NCBI GenBank assembly: GCA_973895155.1
Contig: OZ316898.1
Coordinates: 1,897,927-1,961,926, forward strand
DNA from: Marsupella aquatica
Lineage: Eukaryota > Plantae > Marchantiophyta
Length of the DNA: 64,000 nucleotides
Direction: 5' to 3'
This document shows, one piece after another, positions 11,296 to 24,176 of this stretch. The notes below the pieces were generated by a model. That model was not told where the DNA came from. It ran no database searches and saw only the letters and a program-made list of their open reading frames with translations. Numbering within the stretch: the first letter of the stretch is position 1; every line of letters begins with the position of its first letter. The position numbers and the translations under genes were made by a program.

Positions 11296-12628
11296 AGCCC
11301 CTACTCCCTCACACTCTAGATGGTTATATTATGTCACGTTCATAGATGATTACTCAAGGTATGTGTGGATCTACTTTCTCCACAATAAGTCTGATGTTTT
11401 TGCCCCTTTTAAGGAGTGGAAAGCCCAAGTTGAGAATCAAATTGATAACAAGGTGAAATATCTTCGATCGGATAACGGTGATGAATACGGTTCTGGAGAA
11501 TTTGGAACGTATTGTAAGGAGCAGGGAATTACACGCCATCTCACAACAAGTTATACTCCTCAACAAAATGATGTTTCTAAGAGGCTCAACCGAACACTGT
11601 TGGAACGCTCGACGAGTATGTTGAGTCAATCATGCTTACCACATGAGTTTTGGGCTGAAGCTGTCAACACTGCAGTTTATTTGGTAAATTTCTCTCCATC
11701 AAGTTCTATTGGATCAAGACGCCATTTGAAATGAGGTACAGGCGTTCAGCAGATAACTCACATCTGAGGATTTTTGGATGTGATGCTTATGTGCTTACAC
11801 CTTCCTAGCTTCAATCCAAGTTGGAGTCCAAGTCAAATAAGTGCATTTTCTTTGGCTTTCAGAAAGGTGTGAAGGGTTATAGGTTATGGGATCCAGTAAC
11901 CTGTAAGCTAATTGTCAGTAGAGATGTGTCTTTTAATGAATCTAGATCATCAAAGAAGGGGGAGAATTCTCAGGACTCTCACACTGACAAGGGGAAATCT
12001 CTCATCTCGGACCGGGTTGAGGGGGAGATTAGTCATGATGATATCCATGACAGGAGAGATGGAGAAGCTTCGGGCATGGAGCTGGTTCCTGTGATGGAAT
12101 ACTTAAGAGGAGCAGATTGTTGCTGGGGTACCTCAAATTCAACCAGCAGTAGCAACAGATCAGCCTGAATCATCTACTATAAGAACTTCCAATCGTTCTA
12201 GTAGAGCTCCTACCAGGTATGGTCAATGGGCAGACTCATCTAAGCTAGATGATATTAACATTGCACCTGATGATGATGATATGGCTTTGATCTTGGAAGA
12301 ATGAGAGCCTTCTTCGTATAGTGAGGCTTGTGCTTCAGAGCAAAAGCATGAATGGAATGCAATAATGCAGAGGGAGTTGCAATCTTTGAGTGACAACAAG
12401 ACATGGGAGCTGGTGGAGCTTCCAAGAGGTCAGCAAGTGGTGGACAACAAATGGATTTACAAGTTGAAGGACAGTCCTTCAGAGGGTGGAGACAAGATCT
12501 ACAAGGCAAGGCTTGTTGCCAAGGGATTCACTCAGGAGAAAGGAGTGGATTACAATGAGGTCTTTTCACCGGTGGCTAAGTATTCCACAATTCGAATCTT
12601 GTGTCAGCTTGTTGTGTTTTTTGGTCTG

Positions 12629-12924
12629 CCCTGGGGAATCACTCGTTGGATTATTAGAACGGGGTGCGAACAAATGAAGGTTCTTTTTAATCTTGTTGGT
12701 GTAATAATTATAATCAAAAATTTGTACTAAAGGCGTTTAAAAATCCAATTTTGGTAAAAATATTAGTTTTTATATTCAGCAAGGTATTTAAAAATTTGTC
12801 AAAGCCATATAATCAAGGGTACAAGGATATTTTCAATTGAAGTTATTTTTTAATTTATTTTTTCAAATTTCATTGGTTTGTTCTCACGTGTTTTAGGGGT
12901 TTTACTCTAAGTGATTCCCCAGGG
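12629..12924. mobile_element. 296-bp MITE inserted in the Copia RT
   Basis: 15-bp perfect TIR CCCTGGGGAATCACT. 8-bp TSD TTGGTCTG at 12621-28 and 12925-32. Confidence 0.92.
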
Positions 12925-14248
12925 TTGGTCTGGTGATGGATCAAATGGACGTTGGTACTGCTTTTCTCTATGGCAACTTGGAAGAGATGATCTTCATGAG
13001 ACAGCCAGTAGGCTTTATGAAGAAGGGCCAAGAGAACTTAGTTTGCAGATTGCTCAAGTCCTTGTATGGATTGAAGCAAGCTCCTAGACAGTGAAACAAG
13101 CGGTTTGATGATTTCGTGCTTGCTCAAGGTTTTACAAGGATGATGTATGATCCTTGTGTGTATACAAAATCAGTCAAGAATGATGTGTTTGGTTTCATCA
13201 TTCTGGTTATCTATGTGGATGACATGCTGATTGTGGCTAAAGATCAATCTGAGGTTGACAAACTCAAGGCAAAATTGAGTTCTAAATTTAGGATGAAGGA
13301 TCTTGGTAAGGCCAAGAGGATCTTAGGAATGGAGATTTTTAGGAACTCTGATACTGGACAGTTATGCTTGAATCAAGGCAAATATGCAAGGAAGGTACTT
13401 GCACGATTCAACATGGAGGATTGTAAGCCATTGAGTATTCCTTTAGCTTCACATTTCAAGTTATCATTGGCTTTCTCTCTTATGGATGCTGTGGAGAAAG
13501 GTCTAATGGCTAAGATTCCTTATGAGAAGGCAGTAGGCAGTCTGATGTATTTGATGACTTGTCCTAGGCCTGACTTGGCCCTAGCGATGGGCAAGGTTAG
13601 CAGATTCATGTCAAATCCAGGGAAGGTACATTGGGAAGCTGTGAAATGGATTCTCAGGTATCTGAAGGGTACACATGACTATGGATTACTATTTGATGCT
13701 AGATCAGATAGAACGTTAGTTGGCTATGTAGATTCTGACTATGGAGGCTGTCTGGATACAAGGAGGTCTACAACTGGGTTTGTATTTACTCTTGAAGGAG
13801 GATGTATTAGTTGGAAATCTACCTTGCAAAAGTGTATTTCTCAGTCTACTACAAAAGCAGAGTATGTTGCAGCAGCAGAAGCAGCAAAGGAAGCAATTTG
13901 GTTGGACAAGTTGATCGCGGAGATGGATTTAGAGCAAGGCAAAATGACTCTAAACTATGATAGTCAGAGTGCTCTTCACTTGGCTGCTAACCAAGTGATG
14001 GATAACAGGGTGAAGCACATTGATATCAGGTACCATTATCAGGCAAGCAGGGTCTGATAAAACTTTTGGGCTAGTCAAGATTGATGGAAAGCTCAATCCC
14101 GCTTATGCCTTTACCAAAGTGATTCCTTTGGAGAGTTTCTCAAGACACCGTGCTACTTTGCAGGTTTTGCAGTTGTAATGCAAGTAGAGTTATTTAGCAA
14201 TGTGTGACTATTTGTATATGGATTACTCATTCCAGTTTGGCTACGGCT

Positions 14249-14545
14249 CTCGGGGGTTTCACTTCCACAAAAATGGCATATCACGTGCGACGAAGTATAG
14301 GGTCATTTTATTGGTTCGAAGGGAAGACTTAAGAATTTTCTGAGAAGAATAATAGGGTCTTTTAAATCCAATTTTGGGACTTATAAGAACGTTAGGGTCT
14401 TTATAACCAAAATTTGAGAATATTCTGAGAATATTCCAACTTTATAGGGGTCAAAAAATTAAAATTTTTTCTTACATTTTAGGGGGTCCGAGGCCTAAAA
14501 ACGTCGCAGGTGATGGGGAGACATCCATACAATGAGACCCCCGAG
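14249..14545. mobile_element. 297-bp MITE in the Copia 3' UTR
   Basis: Imperfect TIR CTCGGGGGT(T/C)TCA. 8-bp TSD CTACGGCT at 14241-48 and 14546-53. Confidence 0.88.
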
Positions 14546-14690
14546 CTACGGCTTAGTTCTAGTTAATCCTTAGTTAACCCTTATGGTTTCTAAGGGGAGA
14601 CCTGTTTAGGTGATTGTCTAGAACTTCCCGCTGAGGATTTCATATGGTAGCAATTAGCCCAATCCCCAAGACAAGAGTCAAGGGGGAGTT

Positions 14691-15107
14691 TGTTAGGTAT
14701 TGCTCTTAGTCTTGTGACTCATGAGCTAACCACAGTTAGGCTAACTCGGGTTAGGACTTAGATAAGGTTAGCGGTAGTGCTATTGTGTATATTGTCAGGG
14801 CTGGTGCCAGCCCCTGGTGGAACTTAGGCTCATTATTACAGAGCTAGTTGAGAGATAGGGAGAGCTTGCATGCGTTGTGAATGCTTGGTATGGCCGGTCG
14901 GCCTAGAGTGCAATAAAGCTCTTGTGTGTTCCCGTGGACGTAGCCTCATGTGGAGGTGAACCACGTATCTCTCTGTGTCGACTCTTGTGCGTTGGGTGGT
15001 TCATGGGCTTGCAGTTGCAAATGTTGTCTATGCTCAACAAGGTGAACCACGTACTCGCTGTGTCGACTACTTTGTATGGTGTCTCGGGATAAGGATTATC
15101 CCCAACA
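14691..15107 (+). repeat. Copia 3' LTR (~417 bp)
   Basis: Starts TGTT just after the PPT and ends ...ggattatccccAACA. Homologous to the solo LTR at 28614-28912. Confidence 0.88.
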
Positions 15108-15640
15108 AGAACTACACCCCTCACCACTATTAGTGCTAGCATTTAACTACAATAGTGTGAGTGTGAAAATTGTGTTGATCAAACCAAAGAGGGGATTAAG
15201 GCTGAAGTTGGTTGTGATTGGTAGAAGCAATTGAAACTTCACTTCGCTGCGGCTGGTTGCCATTGGTGGAGAGACCTAGACCCCTCACCAGTATTAGTGC
15301 TAGGATCTAAGTAGGCTGAGTGGGAAATTAATGGACAGTACTAGAAATAAGAGGGGATTAGGGCTGCTGCTGGTTATGACTGGTAAATGGGAACTCAACT
15401 TGGTTGCGGCTGGTTGCAATTGGTGGAGAGAACTGCACCCCTCACCGCTATTAGTGGTAACATCTAGTTAGTGTGAGTGGGATATAGATGTCACTAAAAA
15501 TAAGAGGGGATTGAGGCTGCTTGTTGTGCTTATTAGAAGGAACATCACTTGGCTACAGCTGGTTGAGATTGCTGGGTAGAACTACAGCCCTCACCACTAT
15601 TAGTATTTGAGTCTAATTAGTATGAGTGAGAAATTAGTCA
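15108..15640. repeat. Degenerate ~150-165-bp tandem repeat (~3.5 units) adjoining the Copia 3' LTR
   Basis: Units begin aactacacccctcaccactattagtg at ~15110, 15274, 15431 and 15580. The first three also contain agaggggatt...gctggttg. Confidence 0.85.
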
Positions 15641-17029
15641 GGGTATTACTAGGCTTTTCTATGCTGGCCCCATGTTCTTTCCATTGGGCAAAAATCAATT
15701 GTTGAAAATGCACAAATTTTATTTATTTAGGATACACTAATTCATGAGTTGAGTGTAGCCACAATTTGCTAAACAAAAATTAGTGAGTCACACTAATTAC
15801 GATGAACAATGTATAGTGAGTAATTAGTGTGAACATGTTTGTTATTACACCCTTCACCCTGATTTAATGTTGCTACCTAGTGTAGGCACAGAATTAGTGT
15901 TACTAACAATTTAAGAGAACAATAATGCTTTTGGACAGGAATTCATGTGTTATAGGATCTAAGATTGAAGGAGGGAAAGGGTTGAGGGGAGGAGAAAGGA
16001 AAGGGCAAGTATGTAAGTACATAGCTAATTATGCAGGTACATTTACTAGTAAGAGGAAGTACACTGTTTACCATACTTAGTGTACCAAGGAACTACTGTT
16101 TAAAGAGTGAGAAATTGGAGCTCAGAAAACACTCAGAACTACTGTTAATATGGACTTTGTGTTGGTAAGACTTTCTGGTGGGATTCCATTTTTTGCAAGC
16201 TACAATTCTTGTAAGTAACACTAACTATAATGGTAAACAATTTATTGTGCAATGCAAGCTTGTACGAGCTACATCCGGTAGTGAGGGAAGCAAGGACAAT
16301 AGGAAAGAGACTCAAAAGAATGGATCCAGGCTTTTCTCCGAATTGAAAAAAGAAGAAGAAGGTACAGGGCAGGGGGTGGGGGTTACTGTATTTGTTGGGT
16401 TTACTGTATTGTGTAGCCTAAGCGTCTGTATTCCCATTTTCCATTTTTATGTTCGTTTTACTCTTTCAGAGAATTAGAAACTCTTTTTAAGGCAGGCATC
16501 CCCCAGACTTATATAGTAAACCCAACCAATTTAGACTACACAATTAGGCTTATAGAGTAAACCCAACAAATTTAGGTTACACAATTAGAGTTACCAAGAC
16601 TAATTGTGACAAGCACTGTAGATTGTAAAGGATAAGGAGACCCATAACACGTGGTGCATGCAAAGACGTTCAATTGCACCAAGTGTCTAGATTGCAGATA
16701 GGTCTATATCAAGTCATATGGTGAAATTGTCTACAACAGTTTCTCTATATCTTATGTACAACTATAATAGACAATCTTGTAGATTTTAGTCCTTCACCAC
16801 TATGAATTGCATTCTGGGTGGGGATCATTCACGGCTGTTAGATCATTTGAGCAAATTTTTGTAATCGCTTGATTACTCCTTGCCATCCATCCAGATACCT
16901 CCCATGGCCGATGATGCCCTCCTCAATGGCTCTGTGTACCGGTCCGTGATTTAGAGGCCATGAGTACATTAATACCTGAGGTACTCGTGAATCTAAATGG
17001 CCCTGCTGAAGCCTGACATCCATATCGCC

Positions 17030-19887
17030 ATCTTTTTCTCACTTTAACATCATTCTTTATCTCATCACACTATCTTTTTCCCGTACTTGACATTTTTTCT
17101 CATTGGCATCATTTTTTCACTTTGTACAATTTTTTCACCTTGTCATCTTTTCTCTCATTGATATCTTCTCACCTCGACTTCTTTTCCTTCTTTTCCTCAC
17201 ATCGAGATCTTTTTCTCTCCTCCACATCTCTTCTCACCTTGACATCTTTTGTGGAACGCACATCAAGTTACTAGAATATGCAATCCCGCTCATTTCTGGG
17301 CTTGCTTACAAAAATCTAAAAAGGCGGGAACAAATCTTGATCATCCATTGAAAAGACAATTTTTAATGACCACTAGATATACCAGAATCATCCATTTGTC
17401 TCCCCTCAATTTTATTTCCCATGCAAAGGTACGTAAGGCCAAGGTACTACTTCCAAGGCCCGGTTTGATGTGACGGGCAACTTGCCGAGTTGCCGGGCAC
17501 GTAAACTCGGCATTTGCCGGCCTGAAATGCTCTCATTTGACGCATATTCGTCATTATTCCCCGGCCCGACCCGACTTCTCCCGGCCTCTTCCCGGACCCG
17601 GCCCGGCCCCCCCCCTACCTCTCGTCACCCGGCCCCGGCTTTACGCCCCGGCTTTACATCCCGGCCCGGCCCGGGTGGAGGAAGGCCCGGGTGGGGGGAG
17701 GGAGGAGGCCCGGCCAGGGTGGAGGGGGGCCCGGGTGGGGGGAGGGAGGAGGCCCGGCCCGGGTGGAGGGGGGCCCGGGTGGGGGGGGCGAGGAGACCGG
17801 GTGGGGAGGAGGACGAGGCCCGGGTGGGGGGAGGGAGGAGGGCCGGCCCGGGTGGAGGGAGGCCCGGGTGGGGTGGAGGTGGGCCCGGGTCGGGCGGGGG
17901 TGGGCCGGGCCGGGTGGCTTTAGGGTCCGGGGCGGGGGGGGGGGGGGCGTTAGGGTCCGGGCCGGGAGGGTGAAGGGTCTGGGCCGGGGGGGGCGTTAGG
18001 GTCCGGGCCGGGAGGGTGAAGGGTCTGGGCCGGGGGGGGGGGGGGCGTTAGGGTCCGGGCCCCTCGTGAAGGGTCCGGGCCGGGGGAAGTTTAGGGTCCG
18101 GGGCCGGGAGGGAAGAGGACCGGGAGTACTCAGGCCGGGACCGGATGATGACGACCGGGAGAGACCGGGTGTCAGCTTGCCGGTTGACGGCCTTAAAATG
18201 GCCTATTTGCCGGGCAAGTCCAAACCGGGTTCCAAGGCACACTTGATCATCTAATGTTGACCATTTAATGTTCTACACTTGTGGGCAATTGTACTTGAAG
18301 GTACAGTAATTATGGGGCTAATTAGAGCGTATTTTTTTTTGTTTCTGATACACTCTCCAGATTATACTACACTATGCACCATAAGGATATAGAGAAGTTG
18401 GACTCTTGGTTAAGTTGGCCTCTCGGTTGGCCTCAAGGAAAAAGGAAGAGGAGGGGGTGTTGGGGGCAGTATCAAAAAAACAAGTAAGAAAGGGAAAATT
18501 GTAATAAATGGAGTAAAGTAATAAAAGGTGAGGAAAAGATGAGAAGTAAAATAATACGGGGATAGTTTAATATTTTTTTACACACCAAAAATTGAAATTA
18601 AAATTAAAACAAAAACTCTCCCTCTGTGAGACCATGCTTGGTGAGAGCATGGGATGCAAGATTGGTGACCACAACCATTTTTAATCAACAAAACTAAATC
18701 TTTTACAACCAAGACACATTTTATGCAATGAAACCCTAAATGCAACACATCATTTATAAACACAAGAATTTCTTTTACATAATGACATTTTTTCTTCATC
18801 ACCTCTTTTGTTAACAATATTGTTTCCATATGTTTTGTGCATATGATCCTTAGCACAACAATATTTTTAACAATGCCATCATTTGCACAACAATTTTTTT
18901 GGTGCAATGCAAGGAGAATGAGCTCGCCCAAATTCATTTGCATTGCCTTCACATCTTTGTCTCTCCTTAGTTGAAATTTTTTTCCTCGCCTTGACATCTT
19001 TTCCTCACCTCAACATTGTTTCCTCCCTCAACAGACTTTCCTCACCTTGACTTTGCCTTGACATATTTTCCTCACCTCAACATTGTTTCCTCCCTCAACA
19101 TACTTTCATCACCTTGACTTTGCCTTCACATCTTTTCCTTGCCTTGAAATCTTTTGTGCAACGTTCGCCTACATTGCTTTGCATCGCCTCGACATCTTTG
19201 TGTCACCTTGACATCTTTCCCTCTCCTTGACATTGTTTGCTCCCTGCAACATTTTGTCCTCACCTTGACATTTTTCCTTCACTTCGATATCTTTTGTGCA
19301 ACGCACAGACATTAAGGTTTTGCTTCTAGATTCCGAGGAGGGTCTTGCAAGGTTGACCAAAATTTTCATATATGATGAAGTTCTTTATTGAACATGAATA
19401 AAGTTTGCATGAGCATTGTATTAATGTATTAATGTATTCAACATGTACTCATGTTTGTATTAAGTATCTTATGTATTTCATCATGATTACTCTATCCCAT
19501 GACATCTTTTATCACCTTGACATTTGTGCCTCGCCTAAACATACATTTTTTTATCTCAAAATGTTTCTATCTCTCCTCATCTTTTCTCTCATGAACATCC
19601 TTTGCTCATTTCAACATCTTTTGCTCACCTCACTATTTTTCTCTCTTTGACATATTTTTCTCACATCAACATCTTTTTAGGACCTTGACATCTTTGTATC
19701 ACCTTGACATCTTTTTATCACTTGACATCTTATTATCACCTTGACATCTTTGTATCACTCGATATCTTTTTATCACCTCAACATTTTTTATCACTTGACA
19801 TCTTATTATCACCTTGACATCTTTTTATCACTCGACATCTTTTTATCACCTCAACATCTTTCGTGCAACGCACGGGCATAGGGCTAG
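17030..19887 (+). mobile_element. Helitron-like remnants: TCACCTTGACATCTTTT arrays with several 3'-terminus motifs
   Basis: Best end: cgtgcaacgcacgggcatagggCTAG|T at 19862-19887 (hairpin, then CTAG|T). Weaker ends at ~17250-17274 and ~19296-19329. 5' end not identified. Confidence 0.6.
17459..18229. mobile_element. 771-bp extremely GC-rich TIR element with G-run and TTAGGG-containing internal repeats
   Basis: TIR CCCGGTTTG/CAAACCGGG. 8-bp TSD TTCCAAGG at 17451-58 and 18230-37. Internal ggcccgggtgg and ttagggtccggg repeats. Confidence 0.88.
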
Positions 19888-19929
19888 TGTATCATAATAA
19901 TAGAGCATTGACTAGCACTTGACTGCACA

Positions 19930-20900
19930 TGATAGAGGGCCATTTAGGGGGGGGGGGCACTTTTGGATTGGGAAAATCCAATCCACACCACATTGCATTT
20001 TCTGACCCCCATCATAATCTTCTGATGCGGAGGCAATTTTCTCACTTTTTAGACTACTTCCTTTGGTGGTTTTGCTAATGCCCCCAGGGCCATTTCTGGT
20101 TTCCCAGTCCCCGTCCCTCACAGTGACCGTGATAGTAAGGCATTTCTTCTTTCTCCACCGTCTCTTGCCATCCTACACATTCAATCAACAGGCTCGTCAA
20201 CAGGATATTAGGTTAAATCTTTGGTAACTCGCCACAAGCAAGCATGAGCTGAATGGACACTGATGCAAAAGCTTACTTTGTCTGATCTCAAGTAAACTTC
20301 ACGATTACAAATATCATTTAAAGCATCTTGGTACCAAAGCAATATTGTTGGCCAGAGGTGTTTTGTAGGGGATTTACAACACTTCATGAGATTCTTCAGG
20401 TGTGCTTCCATACTCTATTCTTGCAGCATGGCTTGCATTTGCCCTTTTGAGTTTGGTGTTTGTCCTCTCTGCGCCTCTTTTGCTTTTTACTCGGTTGTAC
20501 TTTGTTTGGCCTTTTTTACTCACATGGTAGTATTCTGCCTTCAGATTCTTCATGGCTTCTGCAAAGTATCTCGTCCTGTATTCAATCACAAGGTTAGTCA
20601 AAAAGTCCTCTTAAAACTGCATACTATTGAACAGCAGCATCGGCAAGAATAACAACTTATGCGTCCCTGGATCTCTGAACAGTATCATAGGCACGAATAA
20701 GAAGGCGTTTCCATGAACCATTTGAACATAATGTGTCGTTCAACTTGTAACTGTAGGCCATTACCAGTGAATCAGTGACAACGTCATCGAGTAGTTCTGT
20801 GAGGACTCTGAATCTTGCGTCATTCGTCCCCCTCGGTCTACAGACTTGGAAATGGTCTGCTCGATGACGTTTCCACTCCACTCCACTTTCGGTTGGGCAC
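19930..20900 (-). pseudogene. 3' remnant of a paralog of the tandem-hydrolase locus
   Basis: Collinear with ~34283-35430. ADHFQVCRPRGTNDARFRVLTELLDDVVTDSL versus ADHFQICRPKGTKCRIFLAFTDLLDHVVTDSQ. Multiple stops. Confidence 0.8.
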
Positions 20901-21189
20901 TCCACTCAGCTTTATCCCTCAGGTCATCATTGGCCAACCCTCAAATTTGCACTAAGAATATGGCAATGGAACAGTGTTGGAAGCAATCAATCCTGTTGGT
21001 GTCCAAACTTGAAATCCAAAACAAAAATCACAACTTACAAAATCAATCAATTTGGTTTGAAAACAAATGCAATCAAAGTGCAGACAGAAAGCTAGAGAGT
21101 CTGGATGCTGGTTGTTCCTCTTCCTAGATGGACTACATGCTCGCTAAACTTTCATGGCCGTGGGGTCTTCCCCCATTGTCTGGATTTCC

Positions 21190-23080
21190 CTCTCCATCCT
21201 TGTTGCCAAATCCTCAATTGGAGCCGTAACCATGAGCTCAAAGTGCCCCTAAGGGTGCCTTTACATGAGGAGTGGGTAGGGTCACTACATATTTTATCAC
21301 AGCCATCAAATCTCACCCATAGACTTTGCTAGATATCCTGTAATTTCAATGAACATGATAGAGGGCCATTATTTTAGGGTGGCTACTTTTGGGTTGGGAA
21401 AATCCAGTCCACCCCACATTGCATTTCATGAGTCCCATCAAAATCTTCTGTTGCTGGACCATTTTCCTCACTTTTTGGACAATTTCCTTGGTGGATATGA
21501 TCCAAGACATATAATCCACATTAATGTAACCTGCATCAAAATATAGCTTAAGTGTCCATCAAAAAGGAATGATTGAAAATGTTTGAAGACCATTTGATAT
21601 CTACATTAACTTCATTAATGTGGATTATATATTTTGTATCTATCATTCCCTTCTATTTCTGTTCACGCGATCAGCTGAAACTCTAGCAATTTCGGATAGC
21701 TCAGCAAGAACATGAAGATTGTGTAACACGTGAAGATACAGTGTCCTGTCACAACAAACTCTTCAAGTTCCTCGAACTTAATAAGGATTTTTCTACATTA
21801 CCTTCACGCCTATTGCAATGCTATAGGCAAGTTCTCTCACCATGGAGATAGAACTTGATGTTTCCGTTATTGTTTTGTGCATTTGAGCATGGTCTACCAC
21901 GAGGTCTGCCACTCCAAGCTGTCTCAGGAGATGGAGGGCACCTTCAGAATGGGATTCTCCTGGCTAGCGCCCACTTTTCATGCCGCTGCAGAAGATGTAG
22001 GAAGTCCGAGATTCGGCTTCCAGTGTCCACTTTTCATCCTGTCTCCTTGCTTCTTCACGAATTGTGGCTTCTCTCTGAAACTCAAGGACAATTTGGGTTG
22101 GTTGACAGAATTATGGCATCTAAGTACTTTTTGACAATGCTAGAGGGACTACCATTTTCAACAAATTTTGCTCAAAACTAGATTTTCTGTCAACGAACTA
22201 TCTGAATACAAGACATTTGCATGCCACTACCGGTATGTCGGCCAAAATGCTCTTGATGAGATCTCTCAGGCCAGAGAAACTTCTGGTATTTTTTGTCATT
22301 GGTTAATTAGGTTTTCTCATCACGCAACCAGGTTTCCGGCCATATAGAAGAGCCATCTCCAGATTTCCAAGTGGACAAATGTATGTCTGCAGCTAGAGTC
22401 CTTAACTTGAAGCCCGTGGAAAAACAGAATCTGCACCGTGGGTGTATTGGGCGGCTTGTGCAGCTCGTACAAAGAGTCGTTCTTGACCTGAAAATGAAAA
22501 GTTGGAGCAGTAGATCGCATTTCTGAATTAGAGATGTGACTCGGGGTGGAAACAACGCAAATATCATGTTTCTACTTTGGTTTCTAGGAATATGGAGTGG
22601 AATGAAATGAACGATTGCTAACTCATTCACAGTTTGCGATAAAGGGAACACCAGAGTTTTCATGTGAAGTAGGTACCTTAAGAGGATCGACGGTGACATG
22701 TGAAGGCCCTGATGGTCAGGGATAACTAATACAAGACGTCCCCGTTGGATTCGTTTCAATGGTGACTTTTGAGGGCCCTGATGGCTGGAGAGAACTAAGA
22801 GAAGCCATCCGCCCTGGATTCCTTTGATAAAAAGTATATATCCAATAGAACAATACTAGGGGTAAAATGCAAGCGCTACCCAGGAAGTAGAAATAAAATC
22901 TTGATAGCTCCGTTGCTACGTCTCTGGCAGCCAGAACTAAACAAATTGCAAGAACCACCCCAATACGTTTGAGAAGATCCATGCTACGACTGGAGGCCTT
23001 AAAGCTTGACTGCGAAGATCCAAAAAAGCGATTTCCCGATTTATTCCACCGTTGGGGAAGCTGGATCTGATCACACACTT
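21190..23080 (-). pseudogene. Internally deleted paralog of the tandem alpha/beta-hydrolase gene
   Basis: 22307-23075 matches ~38385-39146, 21570-22300 matches ~36705-37445 and 21190-21495 matches ~34120-34410. Both GHSFGG-containing segments are absent. Confidence 0.85.
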
Positions 23081-24035
23081 GATAGAATTAATACACCGAA
23101 GAGAGATTCATCCGACGAGTGCGTTGTGGCAAGGGTTAGAACTGACTGACCTAACTCTTCTCTGCTAGGCCATGGAGAAGCCAATCTCAAATTGAAGGGT
23201 GAGCTACGGGCGCTGTCCATAACTGAAGTGAGTATCTAAATTTTGAAGCTGGTGAATCCAGCTTTCATATTTTGCCTTATTCATAATTTTTGTTTCATGT
23301 ATTTTTATTTCAATGTGCCTTATCAAGGTGCATTCTTTCTATCATACATTCTTTGTATTATATATTTTAATTAATTTTTGTACCCCATTAATTTTTGGTA
23401 TCTTTGAACAGTTCTCTTAATTTTTAATCTTTATTATCTCTTTGAACTAATAACTCTAATTTCTATCACAAAAATGATTTTTCTAAGTAAAGTGAACACA
23501 TGGTGTGTTAAGTTCCCATGCCTTTTTTTCCTAACTTTATGGTTTTTATTGAATTGAGCCTTATTAATAAGGCACATTGAATTAATAAGTACATACATCT
23601 TAGCACTTATTGTACTTTTCATTGATCATTGTACTTTCATTAGTCATTCACTATGTGTTTTTGCATGTGACTGTTCTTTGCATGTGCTCTACTTATATTA
23701 TTTTTTACCTCCCCTCACACTTAATATGTATTCTAGTTCTACTCTTTTGTTTTATCCCGTTACAAGACAAAATATCAAGCATGGTCGAGAATGCATCCAT
23801 AACTAAATTATTTACTGTAGAGGCGCAAGAGAGCTCAGTCTAAAGTTTCCTAGCACAGTAGAGTGGAGCTAGCACGAAATTGATGATTGCGTTGTTGCCT
23901 GCCGTCCTGCAATGTCGATGACGATTGCAGTGTAGAAGGCAACAAAGTCATTGTCTAAATTACCTTTGCAGCCAAAACAAGAAATTGATGGTTCCTTTCC
24001 TGTTCGGTGGGCAGCTATGGGACGATAATAATATG

Positions 24036-24176
24036 AAAGAAAGAATCAGTTCTCGACTGTGTAATCCACTCGACTTGAGCCTTCGAACACCTGACTAAAG
24101 AAAGAATCAAGTTCTCGACTGTGTAATCCACTCGACTTGAGCCTTCGAACACCTGACCAGTGAGGTGTTCGAAGGC
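24036..24176. repeat. ~62-bp tandem duplication ending in a hairpin
   Basis: aaagaaagaatca(a)gttctcgactgtgtaatccactcgacttgagccttcgaacacctgac occurs twice. The second copy pairs with a downstream aggtgttcgaagg inverted repeat. Confidence 0.8.

Larger units (their letters stand above)
11296..15107 (+). mobile_element. Ty1/Copia LTR retrotransposon, 3' half (integrase-RT-RNase H, PPT, 3' LTR), degenerate
   Basis: Integrase: APTPSHSRWLYYVTFIDDYSRYVW...LRSDNGDEY...TPQQN. RT: YKARLVAKGFTQEKGVDYNEVFSPVAK...IYVDDML. RNase H: GYVDSDY...KHIDIRYH. Stops, frameshifts and two MITE insertions. PPT AAGGGGGAG at ~14680-14688. Confidence 0.95.

Noticed and set aside
17470-18254. Gly/Arg/Pro-rich ORFs
   Set aside because: Stop-free by-product of the GC-rich repeat inside a MITE.
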